Assembly: GCA_021796335.1 (NCBI GenBank)
Contig: JAJYHZ010000001.1
Span: forward strand, 219,454-283,453
Direction: 5' to 3'
DNA from: a bacterium
GTDB lineage: Bacteria; Patescibacteriota; Minisyncoccia; UBA6257; UBA9933
DNA length: 64,000 bases
Positions 8,417 through 17,732 of the stretch are shown piece by piece. The first letter of the stretch is position 1. Each line of letters starts with the position of its first letter. The translations under genes and the position numbers were made by a program. The notes under the pieces were generated by a model, which was given only the letters and a program-made list of their open reading frames with translations, searched no databases and had not been told where the DNA came from.

Positions 8417-11152
8417 TTATGGATTCGTAATCGTGCAGGTGTTGCCGCAGGAGCCTGCCGGCGTCTTACCGGTCATGGTTTCGTAATGTGCGTCGATCTG
8501 CGCCTGCGAAAGCAAGTGATCATACACTGCCACCTTACCCACCGCGCCCTTGAACCATGTGTCCATCGCCATCGTACCGATGGTAAGAGGTGATGAACCC
8601 GCTTTCGGCGCAATATCGTACTGGCTCATACAGCCAGTCGGCGCGTGCGCAGCAAAATCTTGCTTAACGCCATCCACCCAGATGTTAATGGTGCCTGGAT
8701 ATGCCGAAGAACAAGCCGGGGGTGTTTGTGTCGTGTCATATTCCGCAACGACATAAACCCACATACCAGTCTTAAACAAGCCTGCGACCGGCTGCCAATC
8801 CGCCGCGCTGCCTAAACCCGCGGATGGATTAAAGACATAAGCGGAGAAGCGGTTCGGACGGTTTTCAGGGGTGACAGCGCTGTAAAGACGCGCCTCCCAC
8901 TCACAGCTTGGCGAGTAGTTCTCGCATTTTCCCATCCAATCAACATAGCCATCACCGCTTGCGTTCGGGAACTGAAGTGTGTCAAGCCGCACCCAACCTT
9001 CCCAGGTAAGCTGACCGGTAGTCGGGATGGAAAGCGCAGGATTAGACGGAACCGTAAGATACTCGCTTGAACCGTTAAAGTCGGCGGCGATATCGCCGTT
9101 AGGCATTGCTACCGTGCTTGGCGTACCGCCTTTGTAGGTGCCGTCATTACCGTGGCCAGAAAGATCTGTCTCGTGCCCCGACGAAGACGAATTCATCGAA
9201 AAATACATAACCGGATTATCGGCAAGTATGAGCGAGTCGTATGTCGAAGCCGGAACTGAAGCTGATACTGGGTCAAGAGTGGAAATCGGCGCCAAAGCGC
9301 TATTTACTGCAACCGATGAATTAGAAAAAACATAATTTTTGAACGAAGCATCCATAAAATCTGTTCTAACTCCCCCATAACCGGTGTTTGTCATCGGCGA
9401 TCCTCCTTGTGATCCGTTATCGGTTGTCTGAACCGCTAAAACCCAATTTCCAGTATTATTCTTGTCAATATAAACCTGGATAAGAACCGAACCATCCGGC
9501 TGGTTAGTTACAACCGAGCGAAGTCCGATCCATGTATTTAGCGGAATTAAATTGGGATTACTGTTCTGATTGTAATTTCCGGAATAAACCTTGTTTAAAG
9601 CAAGTGTGTAGTATGCGCCATTTTCTTTTTTCTTAATTACGGCCTGCCCGTCAACACGAATACCGGTATAATAAACATTATTCTGATCGACGTATCTATT
9701 AAAAAAGAAAATGCCATTTGACGCGTTCCTATTCGGACTCGAACTTAACCAATACTTAGACACATTAAAATACGCCTGTTGCGATTCATTTTGATTTGAT
9801 GATTTAGTTACCAAACGAAAGATATTTTGCGGATGATAACCGTTATCAGTATCCACCGGATTTGTACTGTTGTACAAAATTCTCCATGGATCATTACTCG
9901 GCAAGCTTCCCGTAATTGATTTTCCCACTCCATTATTTACATAAAAGTATGCGCCCGAACTTAACCACCAATCCGAATCAGCACTTGCACTCATGGAATC
10001 TGCTTCAGTAATTATTCGATTTGCATTGAGTCCATAATAATTAGAAGTGGAAGTAGAAATGTTTACAGTAGAAGAACTTGTCTGGATATTTGTCGTCGAC
10101 GTTGTTGGACTGTTTGATTGAATTGACGTATTGCTTAATGTCTCACTGCCAGCGTCTGCAAAAGCATTAATGTAATTGAGATCTGTTGCTGTAGATTGTT
10201 CTGTTCGAAACGCATAACCAAGACCAACTGTTTTTTCTGACGATCCTTGCGGAGTTACGTAAATATCATAACTATGGTTGGGAATATCGATTGCCAAGCG
10301 GAATGTGTAAGTATTCCCCGCAGTATAAGGAATTGCGGTTTGAGCTTGATAACTTGAGCCGTTTCTGGCATCAATGTTCCCGTTAGTATTGAATCTGACG
10401 ATTGCGGCAAGATCAGTAAATTTTGAAGCTAATTGAGAAGACAGTCCGATAACGCCGTCCATATTATTTCCGTTTGGTATTGCATCAAAAGTAGCAGTGA
10501 ATTTGCCATTTTGAGCAGTTATTGGATTTCCTTGCCAGACGGAATTTGTTGTTATTGAGTTGTTTGTATTTGTTGTTGTCGTCGACGTTGTTGGACTGTT
10601 TGATTGAATTGACGTATTGCTTAATGTCTCACTGCCAGCGTCTGCAAAAGCATTAATGTAATTGAGATCTGTTGCTGTAGATTGTTCTGTTCGAAACGCA
10701 TAACCAAGACCAACTGTTTTTTCTGACGATCCTTGCGGAGTTACGTAAATATCATAACTATGGTTGGGAATATCGATTGCCAAGCGGAATGTGTAAGTAT
10801 TCCCCGCAGTATAAGGAATTGCGGTTTGAGCTTGATAACTTGAGCCGTTTCTGGCATCAATGTTCCCGTTAGTATTGAATCTGACGATTGCGGCAAGATC
10901 AGTAAATTTTGAAGCTAATTGAGAAGACAGTCCGATAACGCCGTCCATATTATTTCCGTTTGGTATTGCATCAAAAGTAGCAGTGAATTTGCCATTTTGA
11001 GCAGTTATTGGATTTCCTTGCCAGACGGAATTTGTTGTTATTGTTAAGGTTGAATTAGTAACGGCATTAGCTGGTAAAATTATCAAGCTAAGCGCCATTA
11101 TTCCCAATAAAACACCTGAAAATGCTTTATTGAGATTAGAAGCATAATTCAT
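8417..11152 (-). CDS. secreted repeat protein with C-terminal LamG/concanavalin-A-like domain
   Basis: 911 aa with a signal peptide (MNYASNLNKAFSGVLLGIMALSLIILPANA). It has two identical ~162-aa modules and S/T-rich linkers. The C-terminal segment ...DLSGHGNDGTYKGG...FNGSSEYLTVP...WEGWVRL is typical of LamG-like jellyroll domains. The 3' third (8417-9400) is much GC-richer than the rest of the gene. Confidence 0.75.
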   Translation of the reverse strand: MNYASNLNKAFSGVLLGIMALSLIILPANAVTNSTLTITTNSVWQGNPITAQNGKFTATFDAIPNGNNMDGVIGLSSQLASKFTDLAAIVRFNTNGNIDARNGSSYQAQTAIPYTAGNTYTFRLAIDIPNHSYDIYVTPQGSSEKTVGLGYAFRTEQSTATDLNYINAFADAGSETLSNTSIQSNSPTTSTTTTNTNNSITTNSVWQGNPITAQNGKFTATFDAIPNGNNMDGVIGLSSQLASKFTDLAAIVRFNTNGNIDARNGSSYQAQTAIPYTAGNTYTFRLAIDIPNHSYDIYVTPQGSSEKTVGLGYAFRTEQSTATDLNYINAFADAGSETLSNTSIQSNSPTTSTTNIQTSSSTVNISTSTSNYYGLNANRIITEADSMSASADSDWWLSSGAYFYVNNGVGKSITGSLPSNDPWRILYNSTNPVDTDNGYHPQNIFRLVTKSSNQNESQQAYFNVSKYWLSSSPNRNASNGIFFFNRYVDQNNVYYTGIRVDGQAVIKKKENGAYYTLALNKVYSGNYNQNSNPNLIPLNTWIGLRSVVTNQPDGSVLIQVYIDKNNTGNWVLAVQTTDNGSQGGSPMTNTGYGGVRTDFMDASFKNYVFSNSSVAVNSALAPISTLDPVSASVPASTYDSLILADNPVMYFSMNSSSSGHETDLSGHGNDGTYKGGTPSTVAMPNGDIAADFNGSSEYLTVPSNPALSIPTTGQLTWEGWVRLDTLQFPNASGDGYVDWMGKCENYSPSCEWEARLYSAVTPENRPNRFSAYVFNPSAGLGSAADWQPVAGLFKTGMWVYVVAEYDTTQTPPACSSAYPGTINIWVDGVKQDFAAHAPTGCMSQYDIAPKAGSSPLTIGTMAMDTWFKGAVGKVAVYDHLLSQAQIDAHYETMTGKTPAGSCGNTCTITNP
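10085..11043. repeat. perfect tandem direct repeat, 2 x 486 bp, inside the CDS
   Basis: The sequence tgtcgtcgacgttgttggactgtttgattgaattgacgtattgcttaatg... recurs with an offset of exactly 486 bp (10091 vs 10577). About 470 bp of each copy are identical by eye. Confidence 0.85.
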
Positions 11153-11512
11153 TTATTTTTATCCGCTTTCGATATCACACTAATCTGAACGTTTTGGAAC
11201 CTCGACTATCTTTGCGCAAATAGTTTCTCGTTTTATAAGTAAATTAATCAAAAACACTGTGCATTAACCAATTAAAAACCTCGACAAGGAAACAAAACAT
11301 AAAAATTAATGCAGGTTTTATCGATAATTACCCATAAAAACCATATCTTCAGCAGATAAAAAAGCGTATCATCCAAATCTCAAAAAAGCAAGGAAAATAA
11401 GGGTTATTTACACTCTAAGGCAAAAATGATGTAACATTCTTGACAGAAGATTTAGAATTTATTTCTCTATAAAAATTGAGCGGTTAATTAAAAATAGGAC
11501 ATGGATTATTTT

Positions 11513-11560
11513 AAAAGTAAAACGCCACTGGCTAAAAATTGTGGCGTTTTACTTTTAAAA
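11513..11560 (-). terminator. hairpin terminator downstream of the 11592..12671 gene
   Basis: A 13-bp stem agtaaaacgccac/gtggcgttttact flanked by T/A runs on both sides. It lies ~35 bp below the stop codon. Confidence 0.5.
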
Positions 11561-11591
11561 ATTATGCCGGGAAAAAACAGCCAAGAAAGAG

Positions 11592-12671
11592 CTACGGCTG
11601 AATTTCTCTAACACTCATTTTTTTATAAATCAGACCGTTTTCATTTACGTTGTCGCTTCTCCAATATACCGCAATGTTCGGTTTGCCCGATTCGGACCCC
11701 GGACGCTTGTTACTATCGGTCAGTTTCAGCGCCGGATTTATGCCAGGTGCGCAAGCCACCCCTCCGACTCCGAAGTTATTGCCATCATCGACAAATTCAT
11801 TTATTTTTTTCCAATCTCCGCCGTTTGCGCCATCCGTCAAATCCATATAAGCTTCAAGCTTTACTTTACCTTCGGAGAGATCATAAACCACGAATTTATA
11901 TCCGATCCACCGATCGTATGGCATTCCGTTGGGCCATATTGTTTTATTTGCGATTGCCGTTGAATTCGGATGGCTTGTCTCTTTTTCAAAATCCGTATGA
12001 CCGTCGTATCTTATCCTCGCATCAATCCCCCTGGTATCGCAGAGATTCTGCAGTTCGTTTCCGGTAGCTCCGTGATTTGTGCGCGCAACTCCTTCAATGC
12101 CGCCCCATGGAGTGTTTTGGTCGGAAATACGCTCGGCATAAACAGTCATTTCTACATTATGCCAACTTTGTTTAAGAGCGGGATCGTAAATATACATTCG
12201 CGGAGTTGACCCTGATATGTATAAAAGCCCCTTACCGTCAGCGTAATATGCCGCATCTCCGTGATCGGCGTCAAACCATAAATCTTGAGGATCAACTCCG
12301 GAAAATTTTCTTGCTATACCGTCATTCCATTGTGAAAACCATTCTTTTCCATCCGCAGCCGTAGGATAAATTTCGGCTATTCCAAAGACATCTTTACCGG
12401 ATATCTTTGCTTTTGGAATTGTTCCCGAGCCGAATCCATAACCTGAAAAAGCCGAAGAAGTATTATTTTTGTACGATGAATTATTTTCAAATCCGTAATT
12501 TTCTAAAGTGCTCGGAGAAGTTGAAGTATATTGCGGCACTACGCCAGGCTTGGAAGATTTTTTTTTGCTTTTTGCAGCTTCGAATACAAACACGGCAAAT
12601 ATTGCAAAAATCAAAATTGCTATAAAAAATATCGTTTTGGGTTTTAATTTTAATCCTGCAAATTTACTCAT
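11592..12671 (-). CDS. exported hypothetical protein, probable beta-jellyroll (lyase/lectin-like) fold
   Basis: 359 aa with an N-terminal signal anchor ([17 protein letters not shown]). The body is rich in W, Y, G and D. Its composition is beta-sheet-like with no ATP-binding or nucleotide-binding motifs. GC content is moderately elevated. Confidence 0.55.
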   Translation of the reverse strand: MSKFAGLKLKPKTIFFIAILIFAIFAVFVFEAAKSKKKSSKPGVVPQYTSTSPSTLENYGFENNSSYKNNTSSAFSGYGFGSGTIPKAKISGKDVFGIAEIYPTAADGKEWFSQWNDGIARKFSGVDPQDLWFDADHGDAAYYADGKGLLYISGSTPRMYIYDPALKQSWHNVEMTVYAERISDQNTPWGGIEGVARTNHGATGNELQNLCDTRGIDARIRYDGHTDFEKETSHPNSTAIANKTIWPNGMPYDRWIGYKFVVYDLSEGKVKLEAYMDLTDGANGGDWKKINEFVDDGNNFGVGGVACAPGINPALKLTDSNKRPGSESGKPNIAVYWRSDNVNENGLIYKKMSVREIQP

Positions 12672-12699
12672 TTTTAAAAACGGCCGAATGGCCTGGATA

Positions 12700-12728
12700 T
12701 TGACTTTTAATTTAATATCGTATATATT
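12700..12728 (+). promoter_or_regulatory. sigma70-like promoter TTGACT-17-TATATT
   Basis: -35 at 12700-12705 and -10 at 12723-12728 with an exact 17-nt spacer. There is no plus-strand CDS downstream. Confidence 0.4.
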
Positions 12729-12734
12729 ATTAAC

Positions 12735-12836
12735 GTGAGTGAAAAGTTTTTCTTGTCTTTATCCGCCTCGGCGGACGAGGACATCCAAGAAAAGCTCTAT
12801 CCCAGTTTCCTCCGCCGAAAGGCGGAGGTTTTTATT
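12735..12836 (+). ncRNA. candidate small RNA (~100 nt) between two minus-strand genes
   Basis: A promoter is followed by two GC hairpins (ccgcc-tc-ggcgg at 12763-12774, and cctccgcc-GAAA-ggcggagg at 12809-12828). The second hairpin is followed by tttttatttggttt. It is oriented against the flanking genes. Confidence 0.35.
12809..12836 (+). terminator. rho-independent terminator (8-bp GC stem, GAAA loop, T-run)
   Basis: cctccgccgaaaggcggagg followed by tttttattt. On the minus strand the hairpin follows an A-run and has no downstream U-run, so it terminates plus-strand transcription. Confidence 0.55.
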
Positions 12837-12866
12837 TGGTTTGATTTTATTTTAAAAGGAAATATT

Positions 12867-15617
12867 TTATTGCGGATTTAGCATTTTTATTCCATAATCA
12901 TTAGTCACCACCTTTACTCCGGTCTGCGCGATATAATCCACTATTTGCTGGAATAATGCCGGCGTGATCGCGTAATTATCATTACTTGAATCAACCCTGT
13001 GAAATACTAAAACCAGCCATGTTTTGTCGGCGATTGACTGGTTAATCCAATTTTCGAACTGAGCCAAAGTGGTCGTATTTACCGCTTCCTGATATTTCAA
13101 TAAAAAATGGTCTGTTGATTTATCATTAAATCCGCTTTGCGTCGTTCTCGCTCCGACATATAATCCTGAATTTTTTAAAATCTGAACGGAAGTTGCGTCA
13201 TATTCTCCAAAAGGATAAGCAAATGTTGTTACATTTATGCCGATGCTATTTAGGGCATCCCACGAACCAGTAATTTCGTTCTGTTGGTCCGCATACGATA
13301 ATTGCGGCAAATGCGAATGATCAATCGTGTGCGAACCAATTTCCATTCCTTGGCTCTGCATATCCAAAACTTGAGCCGCATTTACGTAATCCGTATAATT
13401 GCCGTTAAGCGTATTGGTTATTATGTAAAATGTCCCTGATAAATTCGCTTGTTTTAAAATCGGAAAAGCTGTCTGATAAGCAGATATGTCACCATCATCG
13501 AAATTCAACGAAACCATCCCTTCAGAAAATTTATAAGGATTGTTTCCTAAATCTTTTAAATAATAATCATCTACTTTTAAAGATCCGACTCCGGTCAAAC
13601 TATGAAAAATAGTTATGGTTTTTGTGCCTGACGGAACTGCAAATTTTACATCAACCCCATTCCAGTTGTTTGCAAGAGTCGGACTCGCAATCGTTTGATA
13701 TTGATATGTCCCATCGGACATATGTAGCGCGACTTCAACCGTGTTTTGCGCAGTAGCCATATATTTATCCGAAAATTCATATAAATCTCCCGAAGTCGCA
13801 TTAACTTCAGAAAAATACCATTTCGCATCGCCGTTAGTATAGGAAGAAATATCAATTTCAGCCGCTTTACTATTAGTGCCGTCCACACCCGAAACCGGAT
13901 AAATAAAATTTGGAGTATTTACTCCCCATCCTCCCTCATACCAATTTTGCGGCAAACCTGTTGCGGAATCTGCAATTTCAAAGGATGGGTTCTTAATTAA
14001 ATTATCAGTTGATGTAGGAGGCGGAGGAGGAGGCGTCGGAGAAGTTATATCATTTAAATTAAATTCCCCGGTTGTTAATGAACCGACGCTCACCAAAGAG
14101 TGCAAAATTGTAACAGATTGCGAATTAGCAGGAGCAATAAAAGTGGACGTTGCAACTGCCGGGCTAATTGATGCCCCGGGCCTTGATAAAAGCAAATAAG
14201 AATATGTTCCGTCTGCTAAATGCACTCTGGCAATTATTGCCGTTGATGTGTCGGCGGTATAATAGTCGGAAAATTGGTATTGATGGCCGGGAATAACCGC
14301 AACATCCTTAAAATACCATCTGGAAGCTCCGCTTGTATATGAAGATATGCTTATTTTTGCCGCATCATCATTATTAAATCCCGCGACAGGATAAGTAAAT
14401 GTTGTTTGGTTAACGCCCCAATTGCCCTTATACCAGCCCTGTGGCAGACCGCTTGAAGCATCCATTAATGAAAGCGAGGGATTGAAAATTAAGTTATCAG
14501 TATTTGTTGCCGCAGGCGGCGAAGGCGGAGGAGAAGGCGTTGATGTTGATAAATAAAAATTGTCGGTTGTCAGCGAACCTGCGCTGTCCAAATATTGGTA
14601 AATATTAAGCGATTGCACGCCCGTCGGCACGACAAAAGTTGTTGTGCTGTTTTTCCATGCGTTGGATGCCGATTGAGGAAAATCAATATAAGAATAATAC
14701 CCGCCGGATAAAGTATAGCGTATTTCCAATGTAGTCGGAACTGTTGCAATGTAGGAATCGGAGAAAGTGTAAGTTTGTCCCGGTGTTGCCGGAATATCGC
14801 CGAAGGTCCACTTGGCATCTCCGCTTGTGTATGAAGTCATATCAACCTTGGCTGCATTCCCTCCGTCAATGCCCGGTACGGAATAAGTAAAGTTCGATTG
14901 GTTTATTCCCCATTTATCTTCTGTCCATCCCGCAGGCAAGCCGTCTGCGCCTACTGAATCAAAGGAACCATTATTAATTAAATTGCCGCCAGAAGACGAT
15001 GGAGGCGGAGAAATTATTGAATTTGCAATCAAGGAAAAATTATCTACTGTGAGCGATCCCACATTATCTAAATATTGATATATTGTAAATGACTTAACTC
15101 CGGCAGGAACCGTAAAAGTAGATGTGGAAGATTGCCACGTATCCGAAATGCTTGGAAATACAATGTCGTCATAAGTATAATTCCCATTAATTAAGAGATA
15201 TCTGACCTCAATCGTAGTCGGAACTGTTGCAATATAAGAATCGGAGAAAGTGTAAGTTTGTCCCGGTGTTGCCGGAATATCGCCGAAGGTCCACTTGGCA
15301 TCTCCGCTTGTGTATGAAGTCATATCAACCTTGGCTGCATTCCCTCCGTCAATGCCCGGTACGGGATAAGTAAAGTTCGATTGGTTTATTCCCCAGCTGT
15401 CTTGCGACCAACCTGCCGGCGCTCCATTTGCGCCCGTAATTTCAAAAGACCCATTGGGAATAAGATTCGATAAATCGCTTGCTTTTGTCTTAGAAATTAT
15501 CGGAAAATTCAAGGAGTTAAAAACAAAAATTATTGAAAAAAATACAACTAGGAACCTAAGAAAAACTCTTTTCATAGTATTGAAGAAAATAAAACGACCT
15601 TTTATTTTAAATTTCAA
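12867..15617 (-). CDS. secreted protein with 4 CBM-like modules and a C-terminal polysaccharide deacetylase (CE4/NodB) domain
   Basis: 916 aa with a signal anchor. It has four ~160-aa modules (NGSFE...GWxxDxWGxNQSxFTY...YTSGDAKW...Y), which are CBM4/9-like, joined by P/S linkers. The C-terminus has NFDDGDISAY...GSHTIDHSHL, which are CE4 deacetylase motifs. Confidence 0.75.
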   Translation of the reverse strand: MKFKIKGRFIFFNTMKRVFLRFLVVFFSIIFVFNSLNFPIISKTKASDLSNLIPNGSFEITGANGAPAGWSQDSWGINQSNFTYPVPGIDGGNAAKVDMTSYTSGDAKWTFGDIPATPGQTYTFSDSYIATVPTTIEVRYLLINGNYTYDDIVFPSISDTWQSSTSTFTVPAGVKSFTIYQYLDNVGSLTVDNFSLIANSIISPPPSSSGGNLINNGSFDSVGADGLPAGWTEDKWGINQSNFTYSVPGIDGGNAAKVDMTSYTSGDAKWTFGDIPATPGQTYTFSDSYIATVPTTLEIRYTLSGGYYSYIDFPQSASNAWKNSTTTFVVPTGVQSLNIYQYLDSAGSLTTDNFYLSTSTPSPPPSPPAATNTDNLIFNPSLSLMDASSGLPQGWYKGNWGVNQTTFTYPVAGFNNDDAAKISISSYTSGASRWYFKDVAVIPGHQYQFSDYYTADTSTAIIARVHLADGTYSYLLLSRPGASISPAVATSTFIAPANSQSVTILHSLVSVGSLTTGEFNLNDITSPTPPPPPPTSTDNLIKNPSFEIADSATGLPQNWYEGGWGVNTPNFIYPVSGVDGTNSKAAEIDISSYTNGDAKWYFSEVNATSGDLYEFSDKYMATAQNTVEVALHMSDGTYQYQTIASPTLANNWNGVDVKFAVPSGTKTITIFHSLTGVGSLKVDDYYLKDLGNNPYKFSEGMVSLNFDDGDISAYQTAFPILKQANLSGTFYIITNTLNGNYTDYVNAAQVLDMQSQGMEIGSHTIDHSHLPQLSYADQQNEITGSWDALNSIGINVTTFAYPFGEYDATSVQILKNSGLYVGARTTQSGFNDKSTDHFLLKYQEAVNTTTLAQFENWINQSIADKTWLVLVFHRVDSSNDNYAITPALFQQIVDYIAQTGVKVVTNDYGIKMLNPQ
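14731..15420. repeat. intragenic direct repeat, period 483 bp, ~200 bp near-identical
   Basis: gtagtcggaactgttgcaat...gcattccctccgtcaatgcccggtacgg occurs at 14731 and again at 15214. It corresponds to two of the four CBM-like modules. Confidence 0.75.
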
Positions 15618-15661
15618 AAAATTTTTTCCGGCTAATAGAATAAATTTGACTGCAAAAGTTT

Positions 15662-15681
15662 TAAGCTGATTAATCAGCTTA
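15662..15681. promoter_or_regulatory. perfect 20-bp palindrome TAAGCTGATT/AATCAGCTTA upstream of the CE4 gene
   Basis: Exact inverted repeat ~45 bp upstream of the start at 15617 and downstream of the formyltransferase stop. Confidence 0.3.
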
Positions 15682-15838
15682 TATGTAATTTAAGTAAGAA
15701 AATTCTGCCTTTAAAACGGACAAAAAACATTGCCGGAATAACAAGCGAAAATTTATGGTTTTAAAGAGAAAAATAAGTAAGTTGAGTAAGTTGCTCGTTA
15801 TTTAAATTATAATCTATTTAGGCATAAACCTCAATCAA

Positions 15839-16513
15839 TCATCCTCTTCCCGGCCTGAAAAATTCTAATATCGCTGGCGCGATATCGCCGGAATAAACCG
15901 CTTTATTCCCTTTTAATTTAATTTTTCCGTTAACAACCAGATTCAAAATAAAGCTTTGCCATGCTCTTTCTTTTTCATTAATTCTTTCTGATAAAGCAAT
16001 TGCGGTGTCACTTGAGCGGATTAAAACCGGAAGTTTAAAGATAATAGGCCCTTCATCGTATTTTTCAGTCACAAAATGAATCGTAAATCCGCTTTGTTTT
16101 ATTTTTCTTTCTTTAAATGATTTGATGGCGGCTTCATGGACATGGCGCCCGTACATTCCGGGCCCGCCGAATTCGGGCAAAAGCGCCGGATGAATATTTA
16201 TCGTTTTTGCGGGATTCAACCCTTTCACCAATTTCAGCCACCCCGAACACATGACATAATCGGCCTGAAACTTTTTTACCAAATTTTGATATCCGGTTTT
16301 TTCAAAAGGACCGGGGAAATATTTAAAAGGAATTCCCAATTTTTTCGCTCTTTTAAAAACGCCGCCGCTTTGATGATTAGAAACTACGCCGACTATTTCC
16401 GCGTTCAAAACAGCCGGATTTGTCCGCGACTGTTGTACCATTTCTTCAAATCCGGATCCTCCGCTATCTTTTGTCCCCGACGCCAAAACCAGTATTTTCG
16501 GCTTAGTTCTCAT
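15839..16513 (-). CDS. formyltransferase family protein (PurN-like, phosphoribosylglycinamide formyltransferase fold)
   Basis: LVLASG...SGW..LV and NIHPALLPEFGG motifs. 224 aa. Confidence 0.65.
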   Translation of the reverse strand: MRTKPKILVLASGTKDSGGSGFEEMVQQSRTNPAVLNAEIVGVVSNHQSGGVFKRAKKLGIPFKYFPGPFEKTGYQNLVKKFQADYVMCSGWLKLVKGLNPAKTINIHPALLPEFGGPGMYGRHVHEAAIKSFKERKIKQSGFTIHFVTEKYDEGPIIFKLPVLIRSSDTAIALSERINEKERAWQSFILNLVVNGKIKLKGNKAVYSGDIAPAILEFFRPGRG

Positions 16514-17298
16514 TTGTTTAAAATATTAAATAAACTGATTCCAGTTGCCACTGCGACATTCAAGGATTCCGCCTTCCCTCGCCCCGGAATTTTATATTCC
16601 AGATCGGCCAGATTCAAAATATCCTGATTCAATCCGTGCGACTCATTGCCCATAATTAATGCAAATTTTTCTTTTTCAAAATCTAGCTGTTCTTTTCCAT
16701 CCAAGGAAGTTGCGATTATTGAATAATTTTTTAATTTTAAATCTTTTATAAATTCAATTAAATTCTGATTCTCGATGATATTCACGTGAAAAATCGAACC
16801 CATAGTTGATTGCAGAACCTTCGAATTATAAATGTCAACCGATCCTTCCCCTAAAACGATGTTTTTTATCCCGAACCAATCTGCGGTTCTGATTATAGTG
16901 CCCAGATTTCCCGGATCCCTGATTTCATCCAAAATCAAAAATGATATATTTTCATTTTCACCCTGAACCGGCCGAGAGGGTTCATTGATTTGGGCGCCGG
17001 ATTTTTTTACAACTGCCAATATTCCGGACGGCGTTTCCAAAGAAGAAAGCACGCCGAAATCCCGGTTATCGGCGATGAAAATTTTTATTTTCTTCCTTTC
17101 CGCTACTTCAATAATTTCCTTTGTTTTGGAACTGTTTAAAAGAAAATTTTTTATTACAATAAAGGAAAATTCCCGGCCGGCCGCAAACGCCTCTTCGATA
17201 ATTTTAAATCCTTCAATGACAAATTCGCCGTAATTGTCTCTATGCTTTTTTTGCTTTAGTAAAACTATTTTCTTTTTTAAAGTTGTTGATAATTTCAT
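16510..17298 (-). CDS. TrmH/SpoU family RNA 2'-O-methyltransferase (RlmB-like)
   Basis: DPGNLGTIIRTADWFG motif and a SpoU substrate-binding N-terminal domain. 262 aa. Confidence 0.75.
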   Translation of the reverse strand: MKLSTTLKKKIVLLKQKKHRDNYGEFVIEGFKIIEEAFAAGREFSFIVIKNFLLNSSKTKEIIEVAERKKIKIFIADNRDFGVLSSLETPSGILAVVKKSGAQINEPSRPVQGENENISFLILDEIRDPGNLGTIIRTADWFGIKNIVLGEGSVDIYNSKVLQSTMGSIFHVNIIENQNLIEFIKDLKLKNYSIIATSLDGKEQLDFEKEKFALIMGNESHGLNQDILNLADLEYKIPGRGKAESLNVAVATGISLFNILNK

Positions 17299-17561
17299 TC
17301 CAAAGAAAGAATCTTAAATCCTTTTTCCTTGACATCCTTCTCCGTCCAGACAAAACTATTGATTTTAAACTCTCCGACATAAGTTATTTTTTTCTCGATT
17401 TTTCTTCCGGTATATTTTTTTATTTTCTGATCCCATTCTTCCAAAATCAGAATATCGCCCTCATTTGCTTCAAAGTCATTCAATCGCATGTCATATCGCT
17501 TTTTTCCCGAAAGAATCGCTTCAAAATATTCCGGCCAGGTTTTTTTCTTAATTATTGCCAT
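17295..17561 (-). CDS. DUF3850/ASCH-like (PUA-fold) small protein
   Basis: 88 aa. KTWPEYFEAILSGKKRYDMRLNDF...GDILILEEWD matches the DUF3850/ASCH pattern. Confidence 0.55.
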   Translation of the reverse strand: MAIIKKKTWPEYFEAILSGKKRYDMRLNDFEANEGDILILEEWDQKIKKYTGRKIEKKITYVGEFKINSFVWTEKDVKEKGFKILSLE

Positions 17562-17732
17562 TTATTTACAAAACTTTGATTTTTTCCATTCTATTACAAG
17601 TTAACGAAAAATCAAAAATCAATAAAGAGACTCTTAGCCGAACCTTCCGTCTCTCTAGAGATAGATCAACATAATAATCCTTGTACACACCCGCCCCGAT
17701 GCTTCTCCGGCAGTTTTTATTGCCATCATTAA

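Noticed and set aside
10085-15420. Possible CRISPR array or other interspersed repeat locus, suggested by the large exact repeats
   Set aside because: The repeats are 470-486 bp, in-frame and inside large CDSs, where they encode duplicated protein modules. There is no short repeat-spacer periodicity and there are no cas genes.
8417-15617. Prophage or integrative element interpretation of the GC-anomalous surface-protein island
   Set aside because: There is no integrase, recombinase, capsid, terminase or att-like flanking repeat. The anomaly is confined to one domain of one gene plus moderately elevated GC in its neighbour.
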